Origin: Macrostomum lignano | Lineage: Eukaryota | DNA length: 64,000 bases | Direction of reading: 5' to 3' | Assembly: GCA_002269645.1 (NCBI GenBank) | Contig: NIVC01000504.1 | Span: 124,001 to 188,000, forward strand | Shown here: positions 53,169 to 64,000 of the stretch, in pieces | Numbering within the stretch: position 1 is the first letter of the stretch | Layout: each line of letters opens with the position of its first letter | The notes under the pieces: generated by a model | Told to the model about the DNA's origin: nothing | The model's input: only the letters and a program-made list of their open reading frames with translations | Database searches by the model: none | Position numbers and translations under genes: made by a program

Positions 53169-56100
53169 TTAATTGGTTGCCACTTGCACCTGACCATTGC
53201 TGATTGGTGAAGTCTTCGACTGGTCTGGTTGCTGCTGATGTTGCACACCAGCTTGCTGAGATTCACCTGGGCGTAGGTTATTAGTGTATCGGGGTGTACT
53301 TCACTTCCTGTCTGACAACTTCAAAGATGCGAGCTATATACATATGAGATGCAGGGGAGAGGAAGGTAGAGGGAAGAGAGGGGAGAGAGGGCAGAGGGTA
53401 AAATGGAAATATCGGAAAGGGAAGAGAGAGAAGGGAGAGGAATGTAGAGAAGGGAGATGAAGGTAGAGAGGGGAGAGGGGAGAGGGGAGAGGGGAGAGAG
53501 GAGAGAGGGTACAGGCGAGAGATAGGAGAGTAGAGAGGAGCGTAGAGATGAGAAGGTAGAGGGGAAAGGGGAGAGAGGGGAGAGGGAAGAAGGGAGATAG
53601 GGGAAAGGGGAGAGAAAGGCAGAGAGAGGAGAGGCGAGAGATGGGAGAGGGGAGACAGGTGAGATGGTAGAAGGGAGATAGGGGAGAGGAAGGTAGAGAG
53701 CGGAGAGGAAGGTAGAGAGGCAGAAGGTAGAAGGGAGATAGGGGAGAGGGGAGAGAAAGGTAGAGAGGAGAGGAAGGTAGAGAGGCAGAAGGTAAAAGGG
53801 AGATAGGGGAGAGGGGAGAGAGAGGGGAGAGGCGAGAGATGGGAGAAGGGAGAAGAAAGGAGGATAGAGAGGGGAGAGGGACAAGAGGGGAGGGAGAGAG
53901 GCGAGAGGAGAGTAGAGAGGAGGCAGAGGGGAAGAAGACAGGAAGTGAGAGGATGAGTAGAACAAAACAAGCGGACATTAGCAAAGATAATAAAAAGTGC
54001 CTCCAGAATAGACAAAACGATCACGAGAAAGCAATTGCCATAAACGAAACAAGAACAAACGACAATCTAATTCTCACCAATGGCACCCTGAGCAGCAGCG
54101 GCAGATGACAACAGCAAAGCGCAGTCAGCTTCGCAATCATGCAAAGCCTGCACAGAAACACTGTCATGATCTTCATCATCATTAGCAATCGGCGGCAGCT
54201 GCGGAGTGGCCAAGTTGAACAGTCGGTACCTGGACTCGCCCGACACCTCCCTGCGGATGCTGAGAAACGGTGGGAAATTCAACTCACTAGGCGGCTTAGC
54301 CGAGAAAGTCTCCAACAACACGAGACCGCTAGCAGCTGGGGGGCAGCGGTCTTTGTCGAACAGATCCAGCTGGTAGTACTGATCGTCCCACAGGAAAGTG
54401 CACCGGCTCTTGTAGATGGCCAGGTGGTCTCGGCTGGACTGAGCTCTGAGCAGCAACTGATAGGTGTGACTGCTCAACGGCCGCTTGGTCTCCACAACCT
54501 GCTGACGCCCATCAGCTGTGTTGGTGATATGGCGAGTGGTGTGCACGTAGGTGAAGTCCTGATCTGTGCTCTGGCGACTGCGGATGCGCGAGTGCTCGGA
54601 GCAGGACACGGAGCCTGCGAGGAACCGGTTCTCCACTTGGAACCTGTGCATCTTGATCTGCGGGGGCGGCGGATGCGTCTGCGAGATGGGGCTTCTAAGA
54701 TGAAGGATTCTGGGGTGGGGATTCTAGGATGAGGATTCTAGGGTGGGGATTCTGGGATGGGGATTCTGGGGTGGGGATTCTGGGATGGGGATTCTGGGGT
54801 GGGGGGATTCTAGGATGAGGATTCTAAGGTGGGGATTCTAGGATGAGGATTCTAAGGTGGGGATTCTAGGATGAGGATTCTAAGGTGGGGATTCTGGGAT
54901 GAGGATTCTGGGGTAGGGATTCTGGGGTGGGGATTCTGGGATGAGGATTCTAAGGTGGGGATTCTAGGATGAGGATTCTGGGGTGGGGATTCTAGGATGA
55001 GGATTCTGGGGTGGGGATTCTAGGATGAGGATTCTGGGGTGGGGATTCTGGGATGGGGATTCTGGGGTGGGGGGATTCTAGGATGAGGATTCTAAGGTGG
55101 GGATTCTAGGATGAGGATTCTGGGGTGGGGATTCTGGGATGGGGATTCTGGGGTGGGGGGATTCTAGGATGAGGATTCTAAGGTGGGGATTCTAGGATGA
55201 GGATTCTAAGGTGGGGATTCTAGGATGAGGATTCTAAGGTGGGGATTCTGGGATGAGGATTCTGGGGTAGGGATTCTGGGGTGGGGATTCTGGGATGAGG
55301 ATTCTAAGGTGGGGATTCTAGGATGAGGATTCTGGGGTGGGGATTCTAGGATGAGGATTCTGGGGTGGGGATTCTGGGGTGGGGATTCTGGGATGAGGAT
55401 TCTAAGGTGGGGATTCTAGGATGAGGATTCTAAGGTGGGGATTCTAGGATGAGGATTCTGGGGTGGGGATTCTGGGATGAGGATTCTAAGGTGGGGATTC
55501 TAGGATGAGGATTCTGGGGTAGGGATTCTGGGGTAGGGATTCTGGGGTGGGGATTCTGGGATGAGGATTCTAAGGTGGGGATTCTAGGATGAGGATTCTG
55601 GGGTGGGGATTCTGGGGTGGGGATTCTGGGGTGGGGATTCTGGGTGGGGATCTTGGTGAGAATTTTGAGGTGGGGATTCTGGGATGGGATTCTGAATGAG
55701 GATTTTGAGGTTGGGATTCTGGGATGGGATTCTGAATGAGGATTTTTGAGGTTGGGATCCTGGGGTGGGGATTCTGAGGTGGGGAACTGGGTGAGGATTC
55801 TGGGGCGAGAATTTTGTGATGGGGATTATAGATTAGCGATTCTAAAAACTTGATTGGAGTGACGGAAATTCTACTAAACGCAGTTAAAGAAAGAGCATGG
55901 AAGCAACCTAAAAGAATCAGCATAAAATAAAGCACAATACAGGGGGACCGCAGGCGTACATTCTCCAAGCACGGGTGGTTCCAATCCACTTTGCCAACAA
56001 GAAATTTCAGCTTTCGCGCCTTCAACGACAGCCGATCAGAGACGTCGATGCCGATTCGATCGCAGATGCACTGCAGCATGCGGCGCAGCTTGTCCTCGAA

Positions 56101-57773
56101 GTCGGTCGAGTTGTCGATGACGTCATAGTAGGGATGGCCGACCCAGGCGTTGGCGACTTGATCGTCCACTTGGATAGCGTTCTCGATTGACTCGTGACGG
56201 GTGCCGTGCCCGTCTACACTGTAGTACTGGGTGGCTCCCTTGGCCACACTGACCATGTGGATGACCTGCCAGGATGCGGCATATTAGCTCTTGCATAATA
56301 CAGACAGACAGACAGACACAAACAGACATACAGACAGACATTTAGACACATAAACATACAGACAGACATGTGGACACATGAACAGACATACAGACAGACA
56401 TTTAGACACATAAACAGACGGACAGAGACATTTAGACACATAGACATACAGACATACATTTAAACACATAAACAGACAGACAGACATTTAGACACAGACA
56501 GATAGACATTTAGACACATCAGGGCATCAGTCAGACGGCACCTGATTATAGCGCTTGTCTCGCAGCTCGGTCTCCTTCCAGCCCTCCTCCTCTCTGGCGC
56601 GGTCCCACTGGCCGGGCAGCATGTAGGCGGTGGAGTCCATCACCCCGCGGTCGCAGACAATCATTACCTTGTCGTTGCTATCCGCGTTGGCCAAATCGTC
56701 GAACGTTTTCTCAATCTGCATCATGGCGAAGATAAGATTCTTCTGGAACTCGTAGATTGTCTCCTCGTTGAGCTCAGTGAAGACCATGCCGCCACTGTTG
56801 AAGAAAAATTAAGTTGACATTGGTATAATTGATAAAGAACTACACTATGGTTTTATCTGCCCAGGCCACCAAAAGACGGTTGAATTTTGATTCTATAGTA
56901 AAAGGGAAAAATTATAGTAAGAAATACTAGCTTTTCAGACCCCGCGACGGTGGTTGAATTTCGATTCTAAAACAGAAAAAAATTAGCAATAAGGGCTAGC
57001 CATTTAGACCCCCTTCGAGGGGAACGAACTCTGATTCTAAACAATATAAAATTTAGTAATAAGGACTAGCCATTCAGCTCACCCCCGAGGGGGATTGAAC
57101 TCCGATTCTAAACAAAATAATTGTAATAAGGACTAGCCATTCAGACGCCTCCCCCGAGTGGGTTTGAACTTCGATTTTAAACAAAAAATTAGTAATAAGG
57201 ACTAGCCATTCAGAGCCCCCCCGAGGGGGATTGAACTCCGATTCTAAACAATAAACATTTTAGTAATAACGACTAGCCATTTTACCCCCCCCCCCCCGAT
57301 GGGGATTGAACTCCGATTCTAAACAATAAAATTTAAATAATAAGGAAGGACTAGCCTTTTAGACACCCCGAGGATGATTGAAGTCTGATTCTATCTAAAC
57401 AATAAAAATTATAATATCGATAATAAGGACTAGCCATTCAGACCCCTCCCGATGAAGATGGAAATCCAATTCTATTCAAGAGAAATTTTTTAGTTACAGT
57501 TTTTAAAATGAAAACTTTTTAGCCTTCTAAAGGCTGCCTGTCTTGCGTTGCGCTATACTCATACAGTAGCTATAAAAATACCAACCTCATAAACGTATAA
57601 GCCACCTCGCTGATACGGTAGACCTTCCAGCCGAGGCTCTGAAAGAAATTAGTTATCCTAGCCAAGCTGGTAGTTTTACCGCCGCACGGCCCGCCAGTAA
57701 GTACAACTTTGTAGATTTGTTTTCTTTTAACATTTCCGCCAGCGGCGCCACTATTGCTAGAGTCGTGATTCAT
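53169..57773 (-). CDS. TTD14: TRPL translocation defect protein 14 (P-loop NTPase AAA_28-like + CYTH-like domain), ~481 aa, 5 exons
   Basis: complement(57586..57773, 56542..56794, 55960..56265, 54078..54678, 53169..53266) = 1446 nt. Motifs [72 protein letters not shown]. The last exon is less certain (the ORF could read through to the stop at 54067). Confidence 0.85.
53345..53950. repeat. Polypurine (GA-rich) low-complexity tract (TTD14 intron 4)
   Basis: Almost exclusively G/A on the + strand. Confidence 0.9.
54700..55830. repeat. GGATTCT-based minisatellite (TTD14 intron 3)
   Basis: Units GGGGTGGGGATTCT / AGGATGAGGATTCT. Confidence 0.93.
56300..56520. repeat. GACA-rich degenerate microsatellite (TTD14 intron 2)
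   Basis: Direct inspection. Confidence 0.85.
56870..57480. repeat. Degenerate ~60-bp tandem repeat (TTD14 intron 1)
   Basis: Recurrent TAATAAGGACTAGCCATTCAGACCCC..GAGGGGGATTGAACTCCGATTCTAAACAA. Confidence 0.8.
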
Positions 57774-58468
57774 GTTGATGATAATTATCGACGGATAGCG
57801 TCGGTACTAGTTAAGCCTGAAATAGATTATGTAGCGAACGATTTTACTTTATAGCTACCAGAAAAGCAACGCTGCTACTTAAAATGTAAAGTAGCGGAAA
57901 TCAGAAAAGGCAACGCATTAAGTTGCACGTTGCCTGTAAAGTACATTAAACATACATGGAGGACAGGGCCAAAGCAGACAGACAAAATTGCACGCAGTGT
58001 AATTTTATACGCACGCTTGTCCTACCTAAAACTAGAGTTTTTGGAAATATTCTAGCGGAAAATTACTCTCTGAGAAAAATTAACCTGGCCAACTGAAACT
58101 AATTAACAGAAATTGATTCTTACAGGCAATCTAGAACTTTTCATATAGCTTTTTGCAGTCAGGAGCAGTTCACGAGTACAAATGAAAGAAGATATTCTTT
58201 ATCTGTGCGTGTGTTAGTAGTGAATTTTCATTGATCTTGCGATTGTGTCCATCAGGAACTGAGCATGGGCACAGAAGTTTTTGTCCTCTGTCACCACAAA
58301 CAAGGGGAGAGGATTGGGGCGTCCAGTCTCTTCTTCCTACCCGACGGTTAATTGACATTAAGGTATTGACATTAATCTTCGTCTATTTCGCGATATCGAT
58401 CTGCTAGCCGCTCACCTCTGTCCACCGCTTCGATGACTATAGGCTGCGTATCTCATAACTGATCTTTG

Positions 58469-58827
58469 AGGGGGCCGTAGCCCAGCGGTAGCGCAGCTAC
58501 TCTGGTGTGCCAGCGACTCAGGCTCGATTCCAAGTGCAGTCACATTAATTTGGGGCTGAATTGGAATCTCGACTTGGCTCTGTTCGTGCAATTAACGGCC
58601 TTGAGAGCCAACCCCCCAAGGCGCAGTGAAGTGTACATGCCTAACGATAATATAAAGTTAGGGCCGCTGTACACTCCTGTGTGAGTGTGTGCCTGCGTAC
58701 GTATCCACGTGGTTGTATGCTTGCTCAGGGGAGTCGACGGAATGGGCAGTAATGCCTCTCGCCGGTTGTGTGCCTATGTCGCTTAAAGTGCGCCAGGGTG
58801 CACACAACCCCCCTGCCTCTAATAAAA
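58469..58827 (+). mobile_element. tRNA-derived SINE family A, copy 2 (with 14-bp TSD, 1 mismatch)
   Basis: Same body as 44010..44373; flanked by ATAACTGATCTTTG (58455..58468) and ATAACCGATCTTTG (58828..58841). Confidence 0.85.
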
Positions 58828-59481
58828 ATAACCGATCTTTGTCCATGGTCTTGGTTGTGGACCATCATTCTGCTTGTCTGGGGAACTTGTGTCACTAGCA
58901 GACATGAGAGACTAAGTTAATATTAATTCTATAAAGATTGTTTTTGCTCACCAGTAAAACTTCTTGGTCATAGATTAGGCACAGCAGTTGTTTTGAGTGT
59001 AGCACTCTGCCCTGCTCCGGATTAAGTCAACTAACTGCTCCAAGCTCAAACTGACTGCAAAAAGCTACATAAAATCAGTTACTGCGGTCTATTCAAGCGC
59101 ACGTTTATATACTTCGTAGTATGATGTGTTCTGTTCTTATATTCTAGCTTCAAACTAGCTCGTAAATGGTGGAAATGAATGTCAAACCATATTTATAGGT
59201 CAATATATGTAACTATTGCAATAAGGGAGTGTAAACCAATGGCGTGAAGCTAACTAATACAGCTAATAAGAGAACAGAATACTTCTTAGTCAAGAAGTGA
59301 AGCACTGGTTATTCTAAAAAAATATAACGAAACGCGTTTTTCTATTGACAAAAAAGATTTGTTTCCTTTTTATTTTCACTTAAAAGCTTTAAATCAACTT
59401 TCAGATGAAGAATTTAAATAAAATCTGCACCATACAATTGACAGTAGTTCAAACACAGACAATAAGCAATTGGAACTGTTG

Positions 59482-62400
59482 TCAATCAGATTTTGCCCCA
59501 GGAGCAACAACAGAAGCTGCAGACTTAGTTGTAGCAGTGCGATTCAGCAGTACAATACTAGCTGTGATACCGCCAATACCGACACCAATAGTCCTGGCAA
59601 TGGTCCAATACTCCGACATGAGCTTAATAGCTCGGCTAAGGTTTTTTCGATCAGCCGAGAGCAGACAGGCTCGGCCAGTGACTGGCACGCAGGACTTGGC
59701 CATGGCCGACAGAGCAGCCGGGTACAGGCTGGCGTTCTCCCGTCTCGAGCCAAGCCGCTTACCAAATGGTAAATCGGCCAAGAAAACGTCAACAGTACCC
59801 GGACGAACTGGAAATTGACAAAGATTCCAACGGATCAGTTCGACTGGTGACCGCTGATCCCACCTCTGGCACCAGTTGGCAATGTTCGCGGCGCATTTGT
59901 CAATAGCAACTGGATGACAATCGCCAGCAAGATGGTAGGCATTCTGGTGGGTGGTCCACGCTTCCAACGGTATGCTGCCGCTGCCGCACATGCAGTCGCA
60001 GATGATTTCACCTGAACGCGGTTTGCACAGTCTAATCATACCCGCGGCAATTGTAGATCTAAGCGCCGTACTGCCAACATCAACGAGTTGACCGCGAAAA
60101 TCCATGCACAACCGATTGAGAGACAGACAAATACGTACTAGAGGACCTTCGATCCATATCACTACCTGAAATTGGATTGTTATAAATTATTATCAGTTAC
60201 TACAGTCAGCATTTAACAGTTTGCAGAAGCTTTTCGTTCAGAAAACTAAGGAGATATCAGGAGATATGCAATTCAACAACTATCCATAGAGTAATAAGAA
60301 AGGCACAACATATGAGCATTGAGTCTGCCTCCTATCAAAAGCAACAATAGTTTTTGTGCTGAAAAATGAAAACCTCCTATCTCCGTAGCATATTTTTAGG
60401 CGAAGACCAGCCTCCTTAACGTTTTCTAAGAAACATTGGGCCGTATGCAGAAAGCTCTGTCTAGGGTAGTCCGGTCTTGAAAAGCTAGTCTAGACTTGGA
60501 TTTTGTATGCAGAAACACAAAGTTAGACCAGTCTACTATGGGCCGTATGCAGAAAGCTCTGTCTAGGGTAGTCCGGTCTTGAAAAGCTAGTCTGGACTTG
60601 GATTTGGTATGCAGAAACACAAAGTTAGACCGATCTACTATAGACAGAACTAGGGTAGCTGGACCATAGACTATAGACTGAACTACCCAAGTTCGGACTA
60701 GCTAGTCTGGACTAAGCTTTCTGCATACGGCCCAATAGCAGAACTAGGGTAGCTGGACCATAGACTATAGACTGAACTACCCAAGTTCGGACTAGCTAGT
60801 CTGGACTAAGCTTTCTGCATACGGCCCAATAGCAGAACTAGGCTAGCTAGACCATAGACTATAGACTGAACTACCCAAGTTCGGACTAGCTAGTCTGGAC
60901 TAAGCTTTCTGCATACGGCCCAATAGCAGAACTAGGCTAGCTAGACCATAGACTATAGACTGAACTACCCAAGTTCGGACTAGCTAGTCTGGACTAAGCT
61001 TTCTGCATACGGCCCAATAGCAGAACTAGGCTAGCTAGACCATAGACTATAGACTGAACTACCCAAGTTCGGACTAGCTAGTCTGGACTAAGCTTTCTGC
61101 ATACGGCCCAATAGCAGAACTAGGCTAGCTAGACCATAGACTATAGACTGAACTACCCAAGTTCGGACTAGCTAGTCTGGACTAAGCTTTCTGCATACGG
61201 CCCAATAGCAGAACTAGGCTAGCTAGACCATAGACTATAGACTGAACTACCCAAGTTCGGACTAGCTAGTCTGGACTAAGCTTTCTGCATACGGCCCAAT
61301 AGCAGAACTAGGCTAGCTAGACCATAGACTATAGACTGAACTACCCAAGTTCGGACTAGCTAGTCTGGACTAGGCTTTCTGCATACGGCCCAATAGCAGA
61401 ACTAGGCTAGCTAGACCATAGACTATAGACTGAACTACCCAAGTTCGGACTAGCTAGTCTGGACTAGGCTTTCTGCATACGGCCCATAGTTTTCCGTCCT
61501 TCTACCCGAGTTGCCCTTGCTAAGAACATTAAAAATTAACAGACGCTAAAAAGTTCTTGATTGTACGCTCGTATTTGTTTCTAAACGGTTTTTTTATGGA
61601 TTGTCTATGGTAATAACTAAAACAAAATCCAGTTAAGTAACACACTGAAATTAGGCTGTTATTGCAACAAACCTCGATATCGTAGTTCTTCAAATCGACA
61701 TTCCAGCCAAAGTAGTCTTGAACAGCTGCGCCAACAGCTGCGGCGACTTCCATGGACTGGAAGGAGTGACCAGAACCTGCTCTGTAACAGGTGCAGCGGA
61801 AGCTTAACTTGCTCGGATCTTTCACTTTAGGCCCCGAAGGCGCCTGATCATTTGGCGATGGATCTTCGCTTGATTGCAGCTTTGGCTGACTATCACCAGC
61901 TTGATATGGCTTGGACCTAGTAAACTTATAATCTGGCAAAGGTTCGTGTCCAACATTTTGTATCTCACTGTGCCGACCGTCTGGCTCATAGAATAGAGTA
62001 CGCCAAGCTGACATGGCCAATTGCCAGTTGGCTTGAGGCACTAAATCGATGAGGCGGTCCAGCGATTCTGACTGAAAAATGTCAATGAGAGAGAGAGACA
62101 GCAGTGAGACACTAGAGTTATGTGATCGCAAATAGTTCCATTTTCTTTTTTTACATCTGCCCCATTTGAAGGCTGCGTACGGCTGTTCAGTCCAAGGACT
62201 GGGGGGTCGCCACACACACCGTCAATTACCCCAGCTAATGCTGGCACCCATTTTACAGCTGGGTGAACTGAAGCAATGCAGAGTCAAGTGTCTTGCTCAA
62301 GGACACAAATTGTTCCAGTGGGACCGGGAATCGAACCCCCCCCCCCACCTTCAAGACATGATTGCGACGCTCTAACCACTAGGCTGCAACACCTAGGTCC

Positions 62401-62760
62401 CAATGCGCAGTCAACAGGTGACCAAATAGAAACTGGTCACTTATTAACTCGGTCGCATAGCATTACCTTGTCTATCGTTTGTCCTTCATCATTAACCAAG
62501 TCGAACGGGCAACATTCGTAAAACACTAGAAAATGATTGGCTGGCATGCGCAGATTGAGAACACTTCGAATCAGCTGATTTTGACTGTCGCCATCAGCTA
62601 ACGGAGCGGCAATGTTGCACACTAGGCGACCGCGACTTGCTTCAACTGATCGAACGTCAAAGCTAGCTAAGCTCTCTAGCGCTTCATCGCGAGCCAGGTC
62701 TTCCAAACCGGGCGGACAGGTGCACCAGAAGGTGAGACTGTCCGCAGCGGTAGACGACAT
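59482..62760 (-). CDS. THUMPD3: THUMP domain-containing tRNA (guanine-N2) methyltransferase (THUMPD3/Trm14-like), ~458 aa, 3 exons
   Basis: complement(62467..62760, 61673..62071, 59482..60165) = 1377 nt, phase 0 junctions. Motifs CTCPPGLE, SFRCTCYRAG..HSFQS, FGWNVDLKNYDIEV, TALRSTIAAGM, DCMCGSGSIPLE, DLPFGKRLGS. Confidence 0.92.
60439..61485. mobile_element. MITE (TIR GGGCCGTATGCAGAAAG) with tandemly amplified halves
   Basis: Complete ~193-bp element 60541..60733 bounded by GGGCCGTATGCAGAAAG / CTTTCTGCATACGGCCC. One extra left half (102 bp) upstream and eight extra right halves (94-bp period) downstream. Confidence 0.75.
62150..62394 (-). mobile_element. SINE family B, antisense-strand copy in THUMPD3 intron 1
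   Basis: Reverse complement contains CAGCCTAGTGG, GGTTCGATTCCC, GTGTCCTTGAGCAAGACACTT, CCCAGCTGTAAAATGGG and the shared tail. Confidence 0.85.
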
Positions 62761-63185
62761 CGATGGCTGGAAAGTTAAAACAAACATGTACTTAAAAAGT
62801 TGTTAGAGCTTTTACATACCATGCAAATATTGCAACATACTAATGAGAGATCAAGGAGGGTGACAGGTCAATGGGTCATTGACAGATTGCAATCGATTAG
62901 CAGACTAACCCGATCAAAACGGTACCTCTAGGCTAAGATGCGTCACAGTCACTTGCGTCGCCACAGGGGATCGTTTCAGAGTCGTTTTAGGTAACACTAC
63001 ACAGGCAAATTAGTGACTAACGAACTCTAAAAACACGAGATTTCGTGGTAAAAGACGCCAAAAGACGTCAAAGTGTTTAATTGTCTGCGACTCTAAAAAC
63101 GACTCTGGGGGCGACGGTATAACGACTCTGGGGCCGTAGAGTCGTATTTGAGACGTGCCTCTTTTACGATTCTACAACTCAAGTG

Positions 63186-64000
63186 CAGGGTGTCCGCGCG
63201 AAATTCAATATTAATTTCCAGGTTTTTCCAGGTTTTTCCAGGTTCAAATAAGTAAAGCTCCAGGTTGCTACCTGGTGAAGCTTTATAAAATGAAACGTAA
63301 AAAATGAAATGGAAAGTAAAAAATGGGTAAAATATACAGTCTATTGTCAATGAGCCGTCCATTAAAACTACAAGACTAACATTGAACGAAACTGAAACTC
63401 GCAAAATAGAACATAAAATGGGACATTTATGGAAGTGAAAATAAAGCAAAATATGCATGACAGTAAACGTTCCGCCAATGTTCAGCAAATAATTATGAGC
63501 TTTTTAAGTACTTGTAACTAACTGTCGTCAGTTACCAAATGTACTTAGGCGAGCCTTTTGCGCAACTCCTCGACACGAGCAAGCGCCTCTGTCTCTTCAG
63601 CCAACAGAGCACGTCGCTTAGCTTCGAGCTCCTGTTCGATTCGGAAAATCTCGTCAGTCGCTTTTCTCTTCTGGGATACGGTGACCGCTGTGTTCGATTT
63701 CTCCTCGTCTCGTTTTTCCTCCAAGGCATCACGGTAACGCTGCCTGGCCATTCTGACACTAGATAGGAGATTTTTGGAGAGTAAGATGTTCTTGCGGCCA
63801 CCAGCTACTGTTATAGCATCCTGGACTTGGCGCAGGGACACCAAAGAATCCTGCAGGAGGTTAGGCACCAGCAAGTCCTTGTTCACAGAAAATCCACTTT
63901 CAACAGTGGCATTGCCATGCGACATTATCAAGACCATGCTTATCGGCTTCCAGAGCGCATCTCTGGCTGCTAGCTGCAAGCCGTGAAGCACACTTGCAGT
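63186..64000 (-). mobile_element. hAT-like DNA transposon, 3' part of transposase plus putative terminus (element continues beyond the window)
   Basis: ORF 63545..>63991 SHGNATVESGFSVNKDLL..NL...SLVSLRQVQDAI..AGG...LL..VRMARQRY resembles the C-terminal dimerisation region of hAT-like transposases. CAGGGTGTCC... at 63186 followed by repeated TTTCCAGG units looks like a TIR and subterminal repeats. Confidence 0.6.

Noticed and set aside
56870-57480. ~60-bp repeat as a tandem tRNA-derived array
   Set aside because: Only a weak B-box-like match on the minus strand; no A box or cloverleaf.

Overview
This is eukaryotic (metazoan) genomic DNA with spliceosomal introns. Nearly every large intron is filled by its own mini- or microsatellite. 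The style resembles a Macrostomum-type free-living flatworm, but that is inference only. All gene models were spliced by eye, checking GT/AG signals and reading-frame phase. Conserved housekeeping genes flank the window. On the left are EXOC6/Sec15 (-), a 69-aa two-exon micro-gene missing from the ORF track (-, COMM-domain-like, ending 74 bp before the EXOC6 ATG) and TEX9 (+). On the right are TTD14 (-), THUMPD3 (-) and a hAT-like transposase fragment. Between them (~17-52 kb) lies an accessory island. It holds four paralogous PAN-like + ALK/LTK glycine-rich-domain (GRD) genes with no transmembrane or kinase part; three have a signal peptide, and the 5' exon of the fourth was not found. It also holds a secreted triple hemicentin-type vWA protein, a triple LRAT/NC-domain membrane protein, an ankyrin-repeat STE-type kinase and a frameshifted class A GPCR. 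Two tRNA-derived SINE families and a MITE turning into a satellite are also present. No rRNA, bona fide tRNA or CRISPR array was seen.
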